Of a stretch of 64,000 nucleotides of DNA, positions 1-13,083 are shown one piece after another (position 1 is the stretch's first letter; each line of letters starts with the position of its first letter). This DNA is from the human T2T-CHM13v2.0 reference genome, Homo sapiens. The position numbers and the translations under genes are program-made. The notes under the pieces are model-generated. The model was not told where the DNA came from. It saw only the letters and a program-made list of their open reading frames with translations, and did not search any database. The stretch is taken from assembly GCF_009914755.1 (NCBI RefSeq), contig NC_060945.1; one strand, given 5' to 3'.

Positions 1-56
1 ACTCCTTCTGCCCACCTCCAATGTGAGGTCATTTTTATTCATTTCTGCTAGATCCT

Positions 57-421
57 TGATATGGTTTGGATTTGTGTCCCTGCCCAAATCTCATGTTGAA
101 CTGTAATCCTCAATGTTGGAGGTGGCCTGGTGGAAGACGACTGGATCATGGAGGCAGATTTTCCTCTTTGGTGCTGTTCTCATGAGATTTTGTTTAAAAG
201 TGTGTGGCATTTCCCTGACTCTCTCTCTCTTCCTCCTGCTCCAGCCATGTAAGACATACCTGCTTCCCCTTCCCCTTCTGCCATGATTGTAAATTTCCTG
301 GGGCTTCCCCAGAATCTGATGCTATCATGCTTCCTGTACAGCCTGCAGATCTGTGAGCCAATTAAACCTCTTTTCTTTATAGATTACCCAGTCTATAGCA
401 GTGAAAGAATGAACCAATACA
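57..421 (+). mobile_element. MSTA-like MaLR solo LTR
   Basis: Begins TGATATGGTTTGG and ends AACCAATACA, with an ATTAAA polyA signal. Flanked by 5-bp TSD ATCCT (52-56 and 422-426). Confidence 0.9.
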
Positions 422-639
422 ATCCTTCCTGTGTCTCCTTCTGTAAAAATAAGCAAAGCAAACATATATGCATACACGTTCTTGTTTCCCAGTCTTTTCC
501 CATGGAAACAATGTTTCAGAACAAGAAACTGAATAATAGGTTCCTTCTGCTAAAGTAATTTGAAATCACTTAATGCATTCATTTCATTTTACAGAGCACA
601 GTCTCCTCAATGAAGCCTAGGGGCCACACTACAGGAGTG

Positions 640-850
640 GGAGGCACACAGGCCTGGGTTTGAATCTTGGCTGCTTGGAATGGCTGTGGGACCTAGGACA
701 GGCTACTTCACCTCTCTCACTTCCTCATCAGTCACATGGGGAAAACAATGACCAGATTATAGGTGCTATCACATCAATGTGAAGCATCACATGTGAAAGT
801 ACTCAACACATGGCTCTGCCTGAGGACACCACTAGGGATGCTCTTAATTC
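640..850 (+). mobile_element. MIR SINE, degenerate
   Basis: CCTGGGTTTGAATCTTGGCT...CTTCCTCATC...ATGGGG...TGTGAAAGTACTC resembles the MIR core. Confidence 0.65.
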
Positions 851-1147
851 CCTTCCTTTCCTTGGTCAAATGTAAAAGCAACAGCTGACCTTTCTTGTAG
901 AATTAGCCTCATTGATCAATAGCGTTTGTCCCTTACATCATATGTTTTGTTGTTTGTTGATTCTTTCAAGTGGAATAAAAACCTCCACAGGGAAAGATCT
1001 GGTGATGCCATGTCTTGGCTTCCTATTGATGTCAGGGTTTACTTCACATATACTTGTTCTTTGGACATTTCAAAATACTCTTTGATGCGTGGTATTTAAA
1101 GAGTCGCCCTTCATTTCATTGTCCCTCATTATTCTGCATTTTTCAGG

Positions 1148-1300
1148 CACTGGTTCTTAACTTTTTGAGGCAAGGACCCTTTTGGGAATCTGATGAAACT
1201 CATAGATCCTCTTCTCTTAAAATATACATGCATTCCAAAGTTTCCCAATGATCAGGTGCTCATGAACTCACTAAAGCCCATAGGATCCCAGGTTCAAATA
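1148..1300. mobile_element. hAT-Charlie MITE (MER103C-like)
   Basis: CACTGGTTCTTAAC...GGACCCTTTTGGGAATCTGATGAAA...CCCAGGTT matches the remembered consensus. Confidence 0.55.
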
Positions 1301-1496
1301 AAACAAAGGAAAGCAGAAGTAGAAGAATAAAACAACTCTTCCAGGGTTAAGTGCGTGCATGCATGTAATGGGGAGGAGGTTTAAGAAAAAGTAGGGAATA
1401 GGAAGAGGGAATTTACTTAAGCTGCAACTGGGTTATAGGAACCTCACACACTTTCACAGTATCCAGTGCTCACCCCATCAGAATCTTTTTCACCAA

Positions 1497-1643
1497 ATTG
1501 TAACTGTCAATACTTGTCTGTATCTCTCTCAAGTCTGGGGATGGGGGTTTCTGTGGGCAGGAGCTCTGTCTTGGCCACAATTTTATCTCCATTCCATAGT
1601 ATAGTATTTGGCTATATGTCTAATAAATAATGGCTAAATGAGT
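1497..1643 (+). mobile_element. L2 3' end fragment
   Basis: GGGCAGGAGCTCTGTCTT...AATAAATAATGGCTAAATGA is typical of the L2 terminus. Confidence 0.55.
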
Positions 1644-1667
1644 AAAAAGACCCAGCTGGTAATAATT

Positions 1668-3170
1668 TCATTTATTTGTTCATCATGTATTTATTGAGAA
1701 TCTATTATGTGTCAGGCACTTTGATGGGTTCTGAGAACAGAATGATGACTTGGTCCTCGGATTCATTGGATGTATAGTCTACTGAGAATCCGAATAAATA
1801 TAAAGTTACTCCTGTGATAAATGCAATGAAGTAAAGGTGGATTATCCTATGAGACTGTAAAAAAGGACTGTATTTGGTCTTGTGTGCAAATTAGTAAAAA
1901 TGTCTCCCTGAGGATGTGACATTTGAGCTAAGATTTGAAGGATGGATAAGGCAACGTGTGGGGTAAGGGTGAATGCCCTACAAGCAGAGGGAACAGCATT
2001 TGCAGGGGGAAGAGCTGTTGTAGGAAGGCTCCTTGGGTGTTCAAGAAGCTGAAAGTAGACGAGTGTGTTTGGGGGATGGGCAGGGGGAGCTTTTGGTACC
2101 AAATGAAAACACTGCTCTGACTGCAGAGGAGAAAACGACTTGGAGGAGGACAAAGTAAGCAGATGTGGGGGAAATAGAAAGCTGCTTCAATTGCACAAAG
2201 AAGAAATTATAGTATTGGGACTAGAACAGAAGTGATGAAGATAGGGAGACTGAAATGGATTCAAGACATATTTAGGAGGTCAAGTAGACAGACCTCTGTA
2301 ACGAATTATTCATGAGGGCCAGTTAGAGGGAAGAGCCGAGAAGGACACCCAGGTTTCTGGCATGGGCAACAGGACGGATGGATGGTGGTGCCACTGGGAA
2401 TCTTGAATGCAGGAAGATGATACGTTTGGTTTTGGACATGTTTACATTGTTGTGGCTTTGACACATGCAAGAATATTGAGCAGGCCATCGGGATAACCAA
2501 ATCTCAGATCTACAGAAGAGGCCTTGGTTAGACATACACAGTGGGGATATCAGTGGCATATGGATGATAACAGAAGCCTGGGAGGGGGCGAGATTGCCTA
2601 GGGAGGGTCAAATGAGAAGGAAAGGCTGAGCAGGAGACAAAGCCTGTGAAAACGTAACATCTGATGGGCAGGAGAAGGGGGATGAGCCTGTCCAGGATGT
2701 TGAAAGAGAGAGGCTGGAGAGGCAGTAGAAGATCCGGAGAGCAAAGGGCGGCAGAAGCCACGTGAGGAGGATATTTCAGGAAGAGCAAGTGGTTAACGCT
2801 GTCAGAAAATGCTAAAAGAGAAAACTGCCGCAAACTGAACAATATGCATTGGATTCAAACATGGTGGTCAGAGCTGAGGGGTAAAGAGGGAGCCAGTGAG
2901 GTGGTTTGAGAAGTGTTTGAGGTGAGGAGGTGGGAAGTCAATATAGAAAAGTTTCTCAAGAATCTGACCCCGAAGATAGGGGAGAAGGCAAAAGTTAGCA
3001 AGGGATATGGGGTTGGGTGAGTTCTGAAAGCCGTGAGGCATCCGACCATGTTTAAACATGGCTGAGAAAGGCTCTGTTTGAGTGGGTGTGGCTCCATCTA
3101 CAGGTAGGGGAGGAGGTGATCAACTATTTAAGGTTCTGGAGAGATGGGTGAGGCTGGGAGAAGGAAGTTT
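1668..3170 (-). mobile_element. L2 LINE, ~1.5 kb 3' portion
   Basis: TCATTTATTTGTTCATCATGTATTTATTGAG...TGTGTCAGGCACT is the reverse L2 tail, followed by purine-rich antisense L2 sequence. Confidence 0.8.
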
Positions 3171-4199
3171 GGCTTAAAAATTTAAAAACTTTCTACTAAA
3201 ACAAAAAAAGATACTTATAACTAAAATGTCTTCATCATGAAAGATAAAAGCAGGATCTGTGATCCTGAGCATGCCCTCTGGTGAGTTGACAAGTCTTGGG
3301 AAAGCTTATGTGATATTATTGCTCTGTGTAGCTGAAACATAAACATCTATGTCAATGGACTTTATGATTCTAGTAAAAACAGACAGACCTCCAAGTTTTG
3401 AGTATGATAACTGAACAATATAGAGCTATGGGTGGTGGGGGGGACAGCTTAACAAAAGACTTAGGATCTTTTTGATGGACAACAGGCATATAGTTGGGCA
3501 ATTTTCATGGATCTATGGGCTCCAGTCCTAGTATGTTTACCACTGGTGTTAAAGGCAGGTATTGTGCTTTTGAGAAGACAAAAGCTCCTAGGAAACTCTG
3601 TCTACATTGTTTCTGTAGCAGTCAAGTGGAAAAAACAGTAGAGGCAAACCCTCTATGATGGTCTCATCTTAATTACCTAGCCCTTCATGAAACCAGGAGC
3701 TCAGGGAAGCCACCCTGTGGACAGGAAACAGACTGGCCATCAGACCAAGACACTCAGAGCCAAGGGACCTGGTAAGAGTGAGTGCAGTGGTTTCAGAGCT
3801 CCTGTTGTGGGCAAACTCACTGGACTGGCCCTGCCTCTACCCTTGCTCCTGGAAAAGGAAGAATGCCTTTAGCTGGGCCCTGAAGAATGGGCAAGGGGTG
3901 GGTAGCTGGAGGGGCCAGGGAGTTGCTGCACGGGAGTCGGACCAATGTGTGTCAGGGTCTCTATCTATTGTTTGCAAACAAGCTCTGGACTAAGGTGATA
4001 CCACCCAGATGTGGACACCTGAGGAAAAGCTAAATTTGTCATCCTGTGCAAACTATTGGTCTCCCACAATCCCCTGTGACCCCTTAGGTCTCTAGACCTC
4101 CCTTTGCCACACATTTGCATCTGGGCAATTATCCAGGAAGGTGAAAGTGAATAGAAAGGTCTCCTGAAGGCAGAGGGTTACTAGAGAGAAAGAAGTTTA

Positions 4200-4762
4200 G
4201 ACCTAAAAACAGAAATATCAATCGACCCAGCAGTCCCATTACTGGGTACATACCCAGAGGAATATAAATTTTTCTGTTACAAAGACACATGCATGTGTAG
4301 GTTCATTGCAGCACTATTCACAATAGCAAAGACATGAAATCAACCTAAATGCCTATCAATTGTGGATTGGATAAAGAAAATGTGGTACATATACACCATG
4401 GAATACTATGCAGCCATAAAAAAGAATGAGATCATGTTCTTTGCAGGAACATGGATGGAGCTGGAGGGCATTATCCTCAGCAAACTCATGCAGAAACACA
4501 AAACCAAATACCACATGTTCTCACTTAAAAGTGGGAGCTAAATTATGAGAACTCATGAACACATAGAGGGGAACAACACACACTGGGGCCTGGTGGAGGG
4601 CAGAGGGTGGAGGAGGGAGAGGATCAGGAAAAATAACCAATGGGTGTTAGGCTTAATACCTGGCTAATAAAATAAGCTGTATAAAAAATCCCCATGACGC
4701 AAGTTTACCTATACAACAAACCTGCACATGTACCCCTGAACTTAAAATAAAAGTTAAAAAAA
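4200..4762 (+). mobile_element. L1PA (older primate, about L1PA13-16) 3' end
   Basis: GACCCAGCAGTCCCATTACTGGGTA...ATGTTCTCACTT..AAGTGGGAGCTAA...AATAAAAGTTAAAAAAA. Confidence 0.9.
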
Positions 4763-5460
4763 GGAGAACTTTTACTGATTTGTCAAAGCATATAATGCCA
4801 TATAATACCTATTAAAACAACTTTTGGTTCCCCAAACCGAGATTTGCCTCTGTGGTATAAGATGCATGTGTCTAAGGCTTGATTTAGTAACTGGGTAATT
4901 TACTTGTTGGAAGGAAATAGAACGTGTAAACCTCTCCCCCCGACATATTTTTAGGTCTATGAATCTGACTGATATTTCACAAGTATAGAGAAACTGGAGA
5001 AATTAAACTAAAAATTAAACACAGCTTACGCCTGGCCTAGCTATAGTTCACTTTTATTGCCTTTTCATAATTGTTTACGTTCTCATTAATTTTGCACCTC
5101 GGGAGCCACATTTGATCAATTTGCAGAGTGATAAAATGTCGCCATTCTCTGAGGACCAGTTTGTACCCTGCTTTGTTAATAGCCTGTCAAAAGGAAATGC
5201 CTTGAGCGTGTTTTAAATTCTTCTTAAAGTTAAGGGAGACTGGCGAAACAATAGCCGGACTTCCTGCCCTCCCTCCTCACCTCCGCATCCTTTCTAAAAG
5301 ATTCCAAGGTGCCCTTCTCATGGGGAGGAGGGCTGATGAGCAAGGGAAGAAGAAAGGAGAGCATCACTGGTTGCAAGAAAACAGGTGGGTTTTTTTTTTT
5401 TTTGTGAAAAAACAGACTTTAAAGAATTTTGAACCAAAAGCAATAGATTTTTTAAAACAA

Positions 5461-5770
5461 GGCTGGGTATGGTGGCTCAAACTCGTAATCCCAGCAATTT
5501 GGGAGGCTGAGGCAGGAGGATCATTTGAGGCCAGAGTTAGAGACCAGCCTGGGCGACATAAAGAGACCTTGTCTCTACATAAAATAAAACAAATTTAGCT
5601 GGGTGTGGTCCCAGCTACTCAGGAGGGGAGGCTGAATAGGGAGGATTGCTTGAACCCCAGAGGTCGAGGCTGTGGTGAGCCATGATTGCACTACTGCACT
5701 CCAGCCTAGGCAATACAGCAAGACTCTGTCTTTAAAAACAAACAAATAAAAACAAATAAACAAAAAAACC
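5461..5770 (+). mobile_element. AluJ
   Basis: Alu dimer with J-type diagnostics (GGAGGATTGCTTGAACCC, GAGGTCGAGGCTG), a small internal deletion and an AAAC-type tail. Confidence 0.9.
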
Positions 5771-7026
5771 AAACAAGCTCCTTACAGAGTGACTCACAAA
5801 TCCAGCACCAGGAAGATGATAAAATAGAGACATATTTATCGAAGCAACCACATCTTCTCGTGGGTCATCTAATGAAGGCAGTCTTAAATTGAAATAGTGG
5901 GCAAATTTGGAAAAGTAAATGTAGTTTGCATCCTCCATGTTTGTGAAGGTCTGTGGATCTTGGTGGCAGTGAAGTGTTTGAACCATGTTTAATAGGGAAG
6001 TTTTGTCCCAGAGGTTCTAAGCCATTCTGCCTAGGCTGCTCTGGGGCTGCGGTGACCCTGGAACGGGTGAGCACCCAGTGGTATCCCAGGTACCAGTGTT
6101 CCTTTGGTGGTAGCTACTAGACTAGAAAATATTACTTGTAGAGTCACGTAGCAGCCTTTTCCAGAGCTTCTTCATAAATCTGATTCATTTTTACTATTAG
6201 AGCTGTCTCAAGAGGTCCAGAGTCCAGTGCACAGCCTCTCTTGTGATCTGCTGGAAGTCCCTCACTCTTCGACTAACAGTGAACAGTTAATAAAACGGGG
6301 GTAAAAATCCACTTATGACTCTGTTAAGGAACTCTCACCCTTTCTTCACACTTGGAATCTTTCCTGACTTGTGGAAAATTTGGTTTGGTTTATAGAATGT
6401 GAGACAAGCCTTCTGAATTCGTACATCCTCGTAAATGTATGCGTAATACATTTAGAAGTCAGAGAGTCTCCTTCAGTCCAAGTCTAGTTTTGAAGTATTT
6501 ATTTCAAGTGTATATATCAACGGATCTCTACATTCCTACATTAACTGGGGTAATGTAACCTAGGAGAGTTTAGCATTTCAAATATTTTTTATATATATTT
6601 CATAAGAAATATTTTCAGGAACAAATGAAAACTTGGTGTGGCAAAATAAACCCCCACCACGCTACATCCCTTGGCTCACAAATCACCACCATGTGCCCAA
6701 GTTCTGTCCTGTGAAATTCTAGTAATAACAGGATTATCTCATCAATTTATATTCACACCTGTAGCTTGTTATTATCCCGGGGTGACATGAGATCCTTGTA
6801 GCTTAATCATTTATTTGGCTCAGGCTTTTAAAGACGAGCGGGAGCTGAGTAACAGCACTGTGTGCCTCTCTGGGCTAATCTCTGTCATCTCAACACACTG
6901 TTTTCCCTCTAGGGAGGGTTGGCATGTTCCAGTTCCAGCAGCCGGTGTGCCGGGCGATGTTCAGCAGAGCCAGAGAGCAGGAACAGCAGGTACCAGAATC
7001 CTGGGTCACGGTGCAGTTTCAGTTAG

Positions 7027-7339
<313 letters not shown>

Positions 7340-7765
7340 AAGTTTCAGTTAGTTTAGTTTCAACAGCAGCTCTTCCAAGGTGGTGGAAATAGACTGTGTG
7401 TAGGGATCAGAGCGACGGGGAGGGATGGAGCCCTTTCATCTGTCCTATTTTGAGGAAGACAAGTCATGTATTAAATGAAGTAATACATGAGGATATAGCA
7501 CAGGGCAGAACATGTAACATGTTCTTCATGACATCACTTATTATGCATGGGCTATTATTGGTATCCTTATTATAACTTGAAGGGGCTGACTTAATTCTTA
7601 CTTTTTAGCTCATTTCTTTGGATCCATGAGGTTTTTTGGTCTTACTTCTAAGAGTGTCCTATTAGACATAAAGACTTGGCCGACAGATGTGTGTATGAGT
7701 AGGGTCGGGATGGAGGGGAAGCTGTATTTTGTGTCTATGTCAGAAACGGCTTAGTTCTGGGTTAG

Positions 7766-8280
7766 TGTCTTAACCATGTCTTTTATTTTCTGTATTCTGA
7801 TCCTTTGACATCTGAGGCTGTGCTGACCCAATTGCCAGAGACCAGTAAACAACATTTGCCCATGGAATCACTTTTCAGATGCAAACCAATGGCTCCAGGG
7901 TCCATACCCCCAATCACTTCTCTCATGAAGCTCTCTCACTCCAGGCCATGATCCACTCACCTTAATCCCCCCCAGAGTTAGGCCTCAAACATTAGGGACA
8001 GTCTCCATGCTCCAGAGTCTGCTGAAATGATCCAAACTAGCCCATCCTAAGCCTGCTGACCAGCATCATCCATTCCTTCTCATGGAAACCATGATAAGGG
8101 GTCTTGCCCACAGCTTCCCTCCCTTGTTCCCTCCTGGCTGACAGGGTGCTTCCTCATGTGGAACACCTCTGCCCCCCCATGACATGGTGTGGCCCCGACT
8201 TTGGGAACTGTGAGTAACAAACACCTCAGCAGAGCTTTGTGGCAGCAGAGGCAGCATCTATACCTTGGTTTATGTTGATA
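7766..8280 (+). mobile_element. MER74-like ERVL solo LTR
   Basis: TGTCTTAACCATGTCTTTTATTTTCTGTATTCTGAT..TTTGACATCTG...CAAACTAGCCCATCCTAAGCCTGC matches the remembered MER74A consensus. Confidence 0.75.
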
Positions 8281-9216
8281 TTGCGTGGAAAATGGCACTG
8301 CTAACACTGATTGCATTTCCTGGACCTCAAGTTGGGACAAGCAGTCTGAGCTGGCAGAATGTGTCAGAAGTCATGCCTGTGATCCGTGACTGTTCTGAGG
8401 CTGCAGGAAGCCTTTCCAGCCTGGGTTAGCCAGGAGTGAGCTGGGCTGCTGCTACCACTGACCCTCATCAGACAGCCCAGGGAGGGGGACATCAGGCTGA
8501 AGCACAGCTGGTAGGGGTGGCATTTCTGAGCATGCAGGTGTAAAACGGGGGAGGAATCTACAGGGGAGGAGGCTGTGCCCCTGAGGGCATAGGCTGCAAT
8601 CACTGAGGCCAGGGAGCTCTGTCTACAGAGCTGTGGGCCGTGGAGGGGAGGAAGTCTTGCAAGTAGCTGGGCCTTGTCACTCAAACCTTCATGAATGGCA
8701 CCTGCTGGCTGAACTCTTGGACTTCTCGGAAAGATGATGGGGAAAGCTGTGGTCTGTAAGGTTTACCTTTCCTCTGGGGAATGCTACTGGCACACGTTAT
8801 AGACATCAACATTTTAGCTGCTAACCCTGGAGAGCTGGTCTGGGATCTCCATGGGATGTCATCTTGCTAATATTTAGAGTGGGGGACAAAATCCAGAATA
8901 GATTATTTCCTTTCCTGGATACTTTAATTTCACTTGTAACCAAATTGCCAATAGGTGCATTTTCTCCTAACCAAATTGCCAATAGGTGCAAGTTTAAAAT
9001 GACTTCTCTTGGAATAGACAGTCTTAATTTTATTATGCTGCTTCTTGGAGTGTGGATGCCACCTGACAAAATGATGAAAATTAACCTTCTTCCTGCTATT
9101 TCTTGGGGTCAGTCATTTGTCCAATCACATCACACTGAACTCATTACTTTGGGTTTTTAAAGTTTTTTTTAAAACTGCAGATATTTAAATCAGGTCACCT
9201 ACAGAAAGGGAGTTTA

Positions 9217-9529
9217 GGCCAGGCGCGGTGGCTCATGCCTGTAATCCCAGCACTTCGGGAGGCTAAGGCGGGCAGATCACCTGAGGTCAGGAATTCGAGA
9301 CAAGCCTGGCCAACATGGTGAAACCCCGTCTCTACCAAAAATACAAAAATTAGCTGGGTGTGGTGGCGGGTGCCTGTAATCCCAACTACTCGGGAGGCTG
9401 AGGCAGAAGAATCACCTGAACTTCGAAGGTGGAGGCTGCAGAGTGCTGAGATTGTGCCATTGCACTCCAGCCTGGGTGACAGAGTGAGACTCCATCTCAA
9501 AAAAAAAAAAAAAAAAAAAAGAAAGAAAA
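9217..9529 (+). mobile_element. AluSx-like
   Basis: Full length with polyA. TSD AGAAAGGGAGTTTA at 9203-9216 and 9530-9543. Confidence 0.95.
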
Positions 9530-10144
9530 AGAAAGGGAGTTTATAAATCACTGTGCTTTTGCTTTCCCTCCTCCTCACTTATCTTACATTTCCTCAAGCT
9601 AACCATGGCATGTTGTGGGAGAGGCCGAGGAGTTCCGACCCAAGGAATCTTGACCTGAGATTTCTAGGAGAAGGAGGTGGTGCTGCCTCTTTCCTCTGAG
9701 GCCACCTCCAGTTGCACTAATTGTTCAATGTTGTTCCACAGACTCAGAACACATTATAATTGTATGCTTCTCAATAGGAGTTATTAATGAACATAGAATG
9801 AGAAATTGATGAAATTTTTTTTAAGTCGAAAAAGCTCTCAGCAGCAATCCCATGACGAAACCCAGGAGACAGGGCTTTCTGTAGTGGGAGGCTGTGGGCA
9901 GGAGAGTTTGTTTGCAAGAGGCTGTCTGCGGCACCACCGCGATGTAGCCAGACCCCGCATCACCTTTGCTAGGCTGTGCCTTGCTGACATTTCTGCAGGT
10001 GCTGTTTCCAGATGAACCAGCCTGGGTTCTGATCTAGCCACATTGATAATGAATGTTCCTTTTGATACCGAAGCACAAAACTGGGAGAAGCTGAGCTTCT
10101 TCACTTATTTCCTATCTGTTTGTTCTATGTCTCTAAATAGGTCT

Positions 10145-10425
10145 GTCTCGCTCTGTCGCCCTGGCTGGAGTGCAGTGGCGCCATCTCGGCTCACTGCAAA
10201 CTCCGCCTCCCAGGTTCACGCCATTCTCCTGCCTCAGCCTCCCCAAGTAGCTGGGACTACAGACGCCCGCCACCACACCCAGCTAATTTTTTTTTTTTTT
10301 GTATTTTTAGTAGAGACGGGGCTTCACCATGTTAGCCAGGATGGTCTCCATCTCCTGACCTTGTGATTCACCCACCTCAGCCTCCCAAAGTGCTGGGATT
10401 ACAGGTGTGAACCACCGCGCCTGGC
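10145..10425 (-). mobile_element. AluY lacking its 3' terminus and polyA tail
   Basis: Y diagnostics (TTCACGCCATTC, GTTAGCCAGGATGG). Begins at GTCTCGCTCTG with no poly-T or GAGAC. Confidence 0.9.
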
Positions 10426-10649
10426 CTAATTCCAGCATTTAAAAACAATCTGTCCAGTGTGTCTGCATTCTAGAAAAGCAGGGCACAATGAATGTGGCTT
10501 TGATTCTGCCTGGTCCTTAGATAATCCTGGCCACACATTAAGCCCAGGTTTAGCGTCTGGCGCCAGTTCCCTCTGCCCGCTTCCTTGAGCTCTCTGCTCC
10601 AGCAAGGTGGGGTGGGCAGATAGGGTTGTTGTAGGCTTGGGCTTTGGCA

Positions 10650-10850
10650 ATAAGCTACCTCTGGACTGAGTCCGAGTTCTGCCTCTCACTCTCCACATGA
10701 GTTGTGACAAGCTCCATTACTTTCCTGAGCCTCAGTTTCCTTGTGTGTGAAAAAGGAATAATAATACCTCCAGGTTGTTGTCAGGTGCACATATGGTAGG
10801 TACCAGGTGTGTAGTGCGTTATAACTGCCTCGCTGTGGGCTCTCAACAAA
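10650..10850 (+). mobile_element. MIR SINE
   Basis: CTGAGCCTCAGTTTCCTT..TGTGAAAAAGGAATAATAATACC MIR core. Confidence 0.75.
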
Positions 10851-12209
10851 GACGGCAACTGGATGGCCACAGCCTCCTCACTGTCCTGCGTGTCATTCCC
10901 CTGCCTGGACTACGCTTCCTCTCCCTCTGTTTATTGAAATTCTATCCAGTGGTTTTAGGAGGCCTCTCTGAGCATCTCAGCCAGCTTTCCTTCAAGAATC
11001 CTGCTTCATCTATTGTCTGAAGCACCTGCTAGGCTCTTCACACTCTGCTTATTGCTTTTCACTTGACAATTTTTGAGGTTTCATTCATTACAATTATCAA
11101 AAGAATTTTGGCATAAGTCTTCCTTCCCCAACTAGGCTGTCAGTCTCTGGCGTTTAGTAAATATGTATGCTTTGTCTGTCTTTGTACATCCACCCTCATC
11201 TCCTAATCAGATAATCTCAATGAGATTTGTATCTCTTGTATACCATAAGCTCGATAAATACTTGATAATACTCGATGACAACTCAAAAGTTCAATTCTAT
11301 TGCCACTCCTTGAATTATAATAGCACTTACTCTGTGAGACAGTTACTATGTTAATTATCAGAATGAATGAAACTAGAAACAGACCTTCTCCTCCTAAAAC
11401 TTATCGAGGCTAGGGAAATGAAAGACATTGATCATTGTATAAAACTTGTAATGAGTTTTACAAAAGAAAGGTACAGAGAGCCACAGGACCATTTAAGGGC
11501 AGGAGCTTGGTGTCACTTGGGAGTAGGGATGGCTTTCTCGATGTCACACTACAGGGGGGTGGACAGAGAAGGGTATCCCTGGACTGAAGGAGCAGTGACT
11601 GTGTTGTGGGGACAGTCATACATGAGATAATGATATGAGGTGAGGCTAAAGAGGAGAGCGGGGGCCCACATGTAGGCCTGTCGGCCACATCAATAAACCA
11701 GCCTTCCCTCTAAAAGCAGTAAGAAGGCATTGGAGAGTTTGGAGGAGATAGATAGGATCCTCCTCTCTGTGTTTTGAAAAGAGCCCTTGAGCTGCAGTGC
11801 TCATAGGGGACTGGGGCAGAGCAAGAATGAACAAACCGAGAGCAAGGAGGAGCCTTCCCAGTGGTCTGGGCAAGGGATGATGGCGGGTAGATTGGAGTGG
11901 TCATGCAGAGGAAGGGAGTGGAAGGATTCAAGACAGAGCGGGGAAGGGAAATAGACTGAGCTTAATGCTGGGTTGGAAATGGGGACAGGGAACATACAAA
12001 TTCCCTTGATGTCATCTAGGTTTCTGGACTGAGCACCTGGGTGGACAGTGGAGCTGTACACCAACATATGGACTCCTGGAGAGGACTGGATTGAGAAGGA
12101 GTGTGTGAGTTTAGTTTGGACAGGTTAAGTGATGCCCAGGCTCTAAGAGGAGCTGTCAAAGGATGGTTGGATAAAGTCTTCTGGAACTTTAGGGACAAGT
12201 CTAACTTGT

Positions 12210-12314
12210 CCAGCATTGATGGTGACTAGTTCACATGTCAACTTCAACCACAGTCTCCATCCTGCGGGCTTGTAACCTTATTTTCAACCTTACTGACCCA
12301 CTGATTTTACTCCA
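12210..12314 (-). repeat. Inverted ~105-bp copy of 13647-13750
   Basis: The reverse complement matches 13647-13750 with about 5 differences, aligned by eye. Confidence 0.95.
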
Positions 12315-12972
12315 TATCTCTTTAGGATGAGTCTTTAGGTTAGAGGTAAATTTGGGAGTCACTGGTGTACAGTAGCTGATGTTGTGGAACGTCAATGAGA
12401 ATTGGAGATAGAATAGAGTGAGGGGGGAAAAGAGACTAGTTAGACTGAACCTTGAGAAAATGAACCAACATTTTCATGGCTGGTTACAGGAGGTGGAGGC
12501 TGAACAACAGCTTGAGTGAATAGAGGCAGAAGAAAAACCAGGAAGCTTCAGGTCATAGGAGCCCACGGAGGAGAGTGGTTCCAGAAAGAAACAGTGGTCA
12601 ACATCAAAAACTGCTGGATGGACAAAAGAAATGGAACTAGTGTATTGGATTTAAAGACTAAAGATCATTGATGAGCTGGGCAGGGGATGTTTCAGCAGAA
12701 CAGTGGGGTCAGAAACCTGTGGGAGCCTGTTGAGTAGTGAATGGCAAAAAGAAGAGGAAGAATGGAAGTATCAACAACTCTTTTGAAGAATTTGCTTGTC
12801 AGGGGGCAGAAAGAGCCAAGGTTGATGGAGAACTGTGGAAGCGAAGGAGGGTTTTTGTTTTTTTTGTTGTTTTGTTTTAATGGGAGAGACTTGACACAAT
12901 TACATACAAAGAATTCATTGGGAAGAGAGAGGTCAAATATTTGGGAGAAAGAGGGGATTATTTATAGTGTTT

Positions 12973-13083
12973 TAGGGTGAGGCTATTCTGGATTGTCCAG
13001 GACTAAGAGGTACCCTGGGACACAGGACTTTTAGTGCTAAAACTGGGATAACTTTGGACAAACTGGGATGATTGGCCACTCTA
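12973..13083 (+). mobile_element. MER81/MER94-like hAT-Blackjack MITE
   Basis: TAGGGTGA...GGACTTTTAGTGCTAAAACTGGGA...TGGCCACTCTA with terminal inverted ends. Confidence 0.7.
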
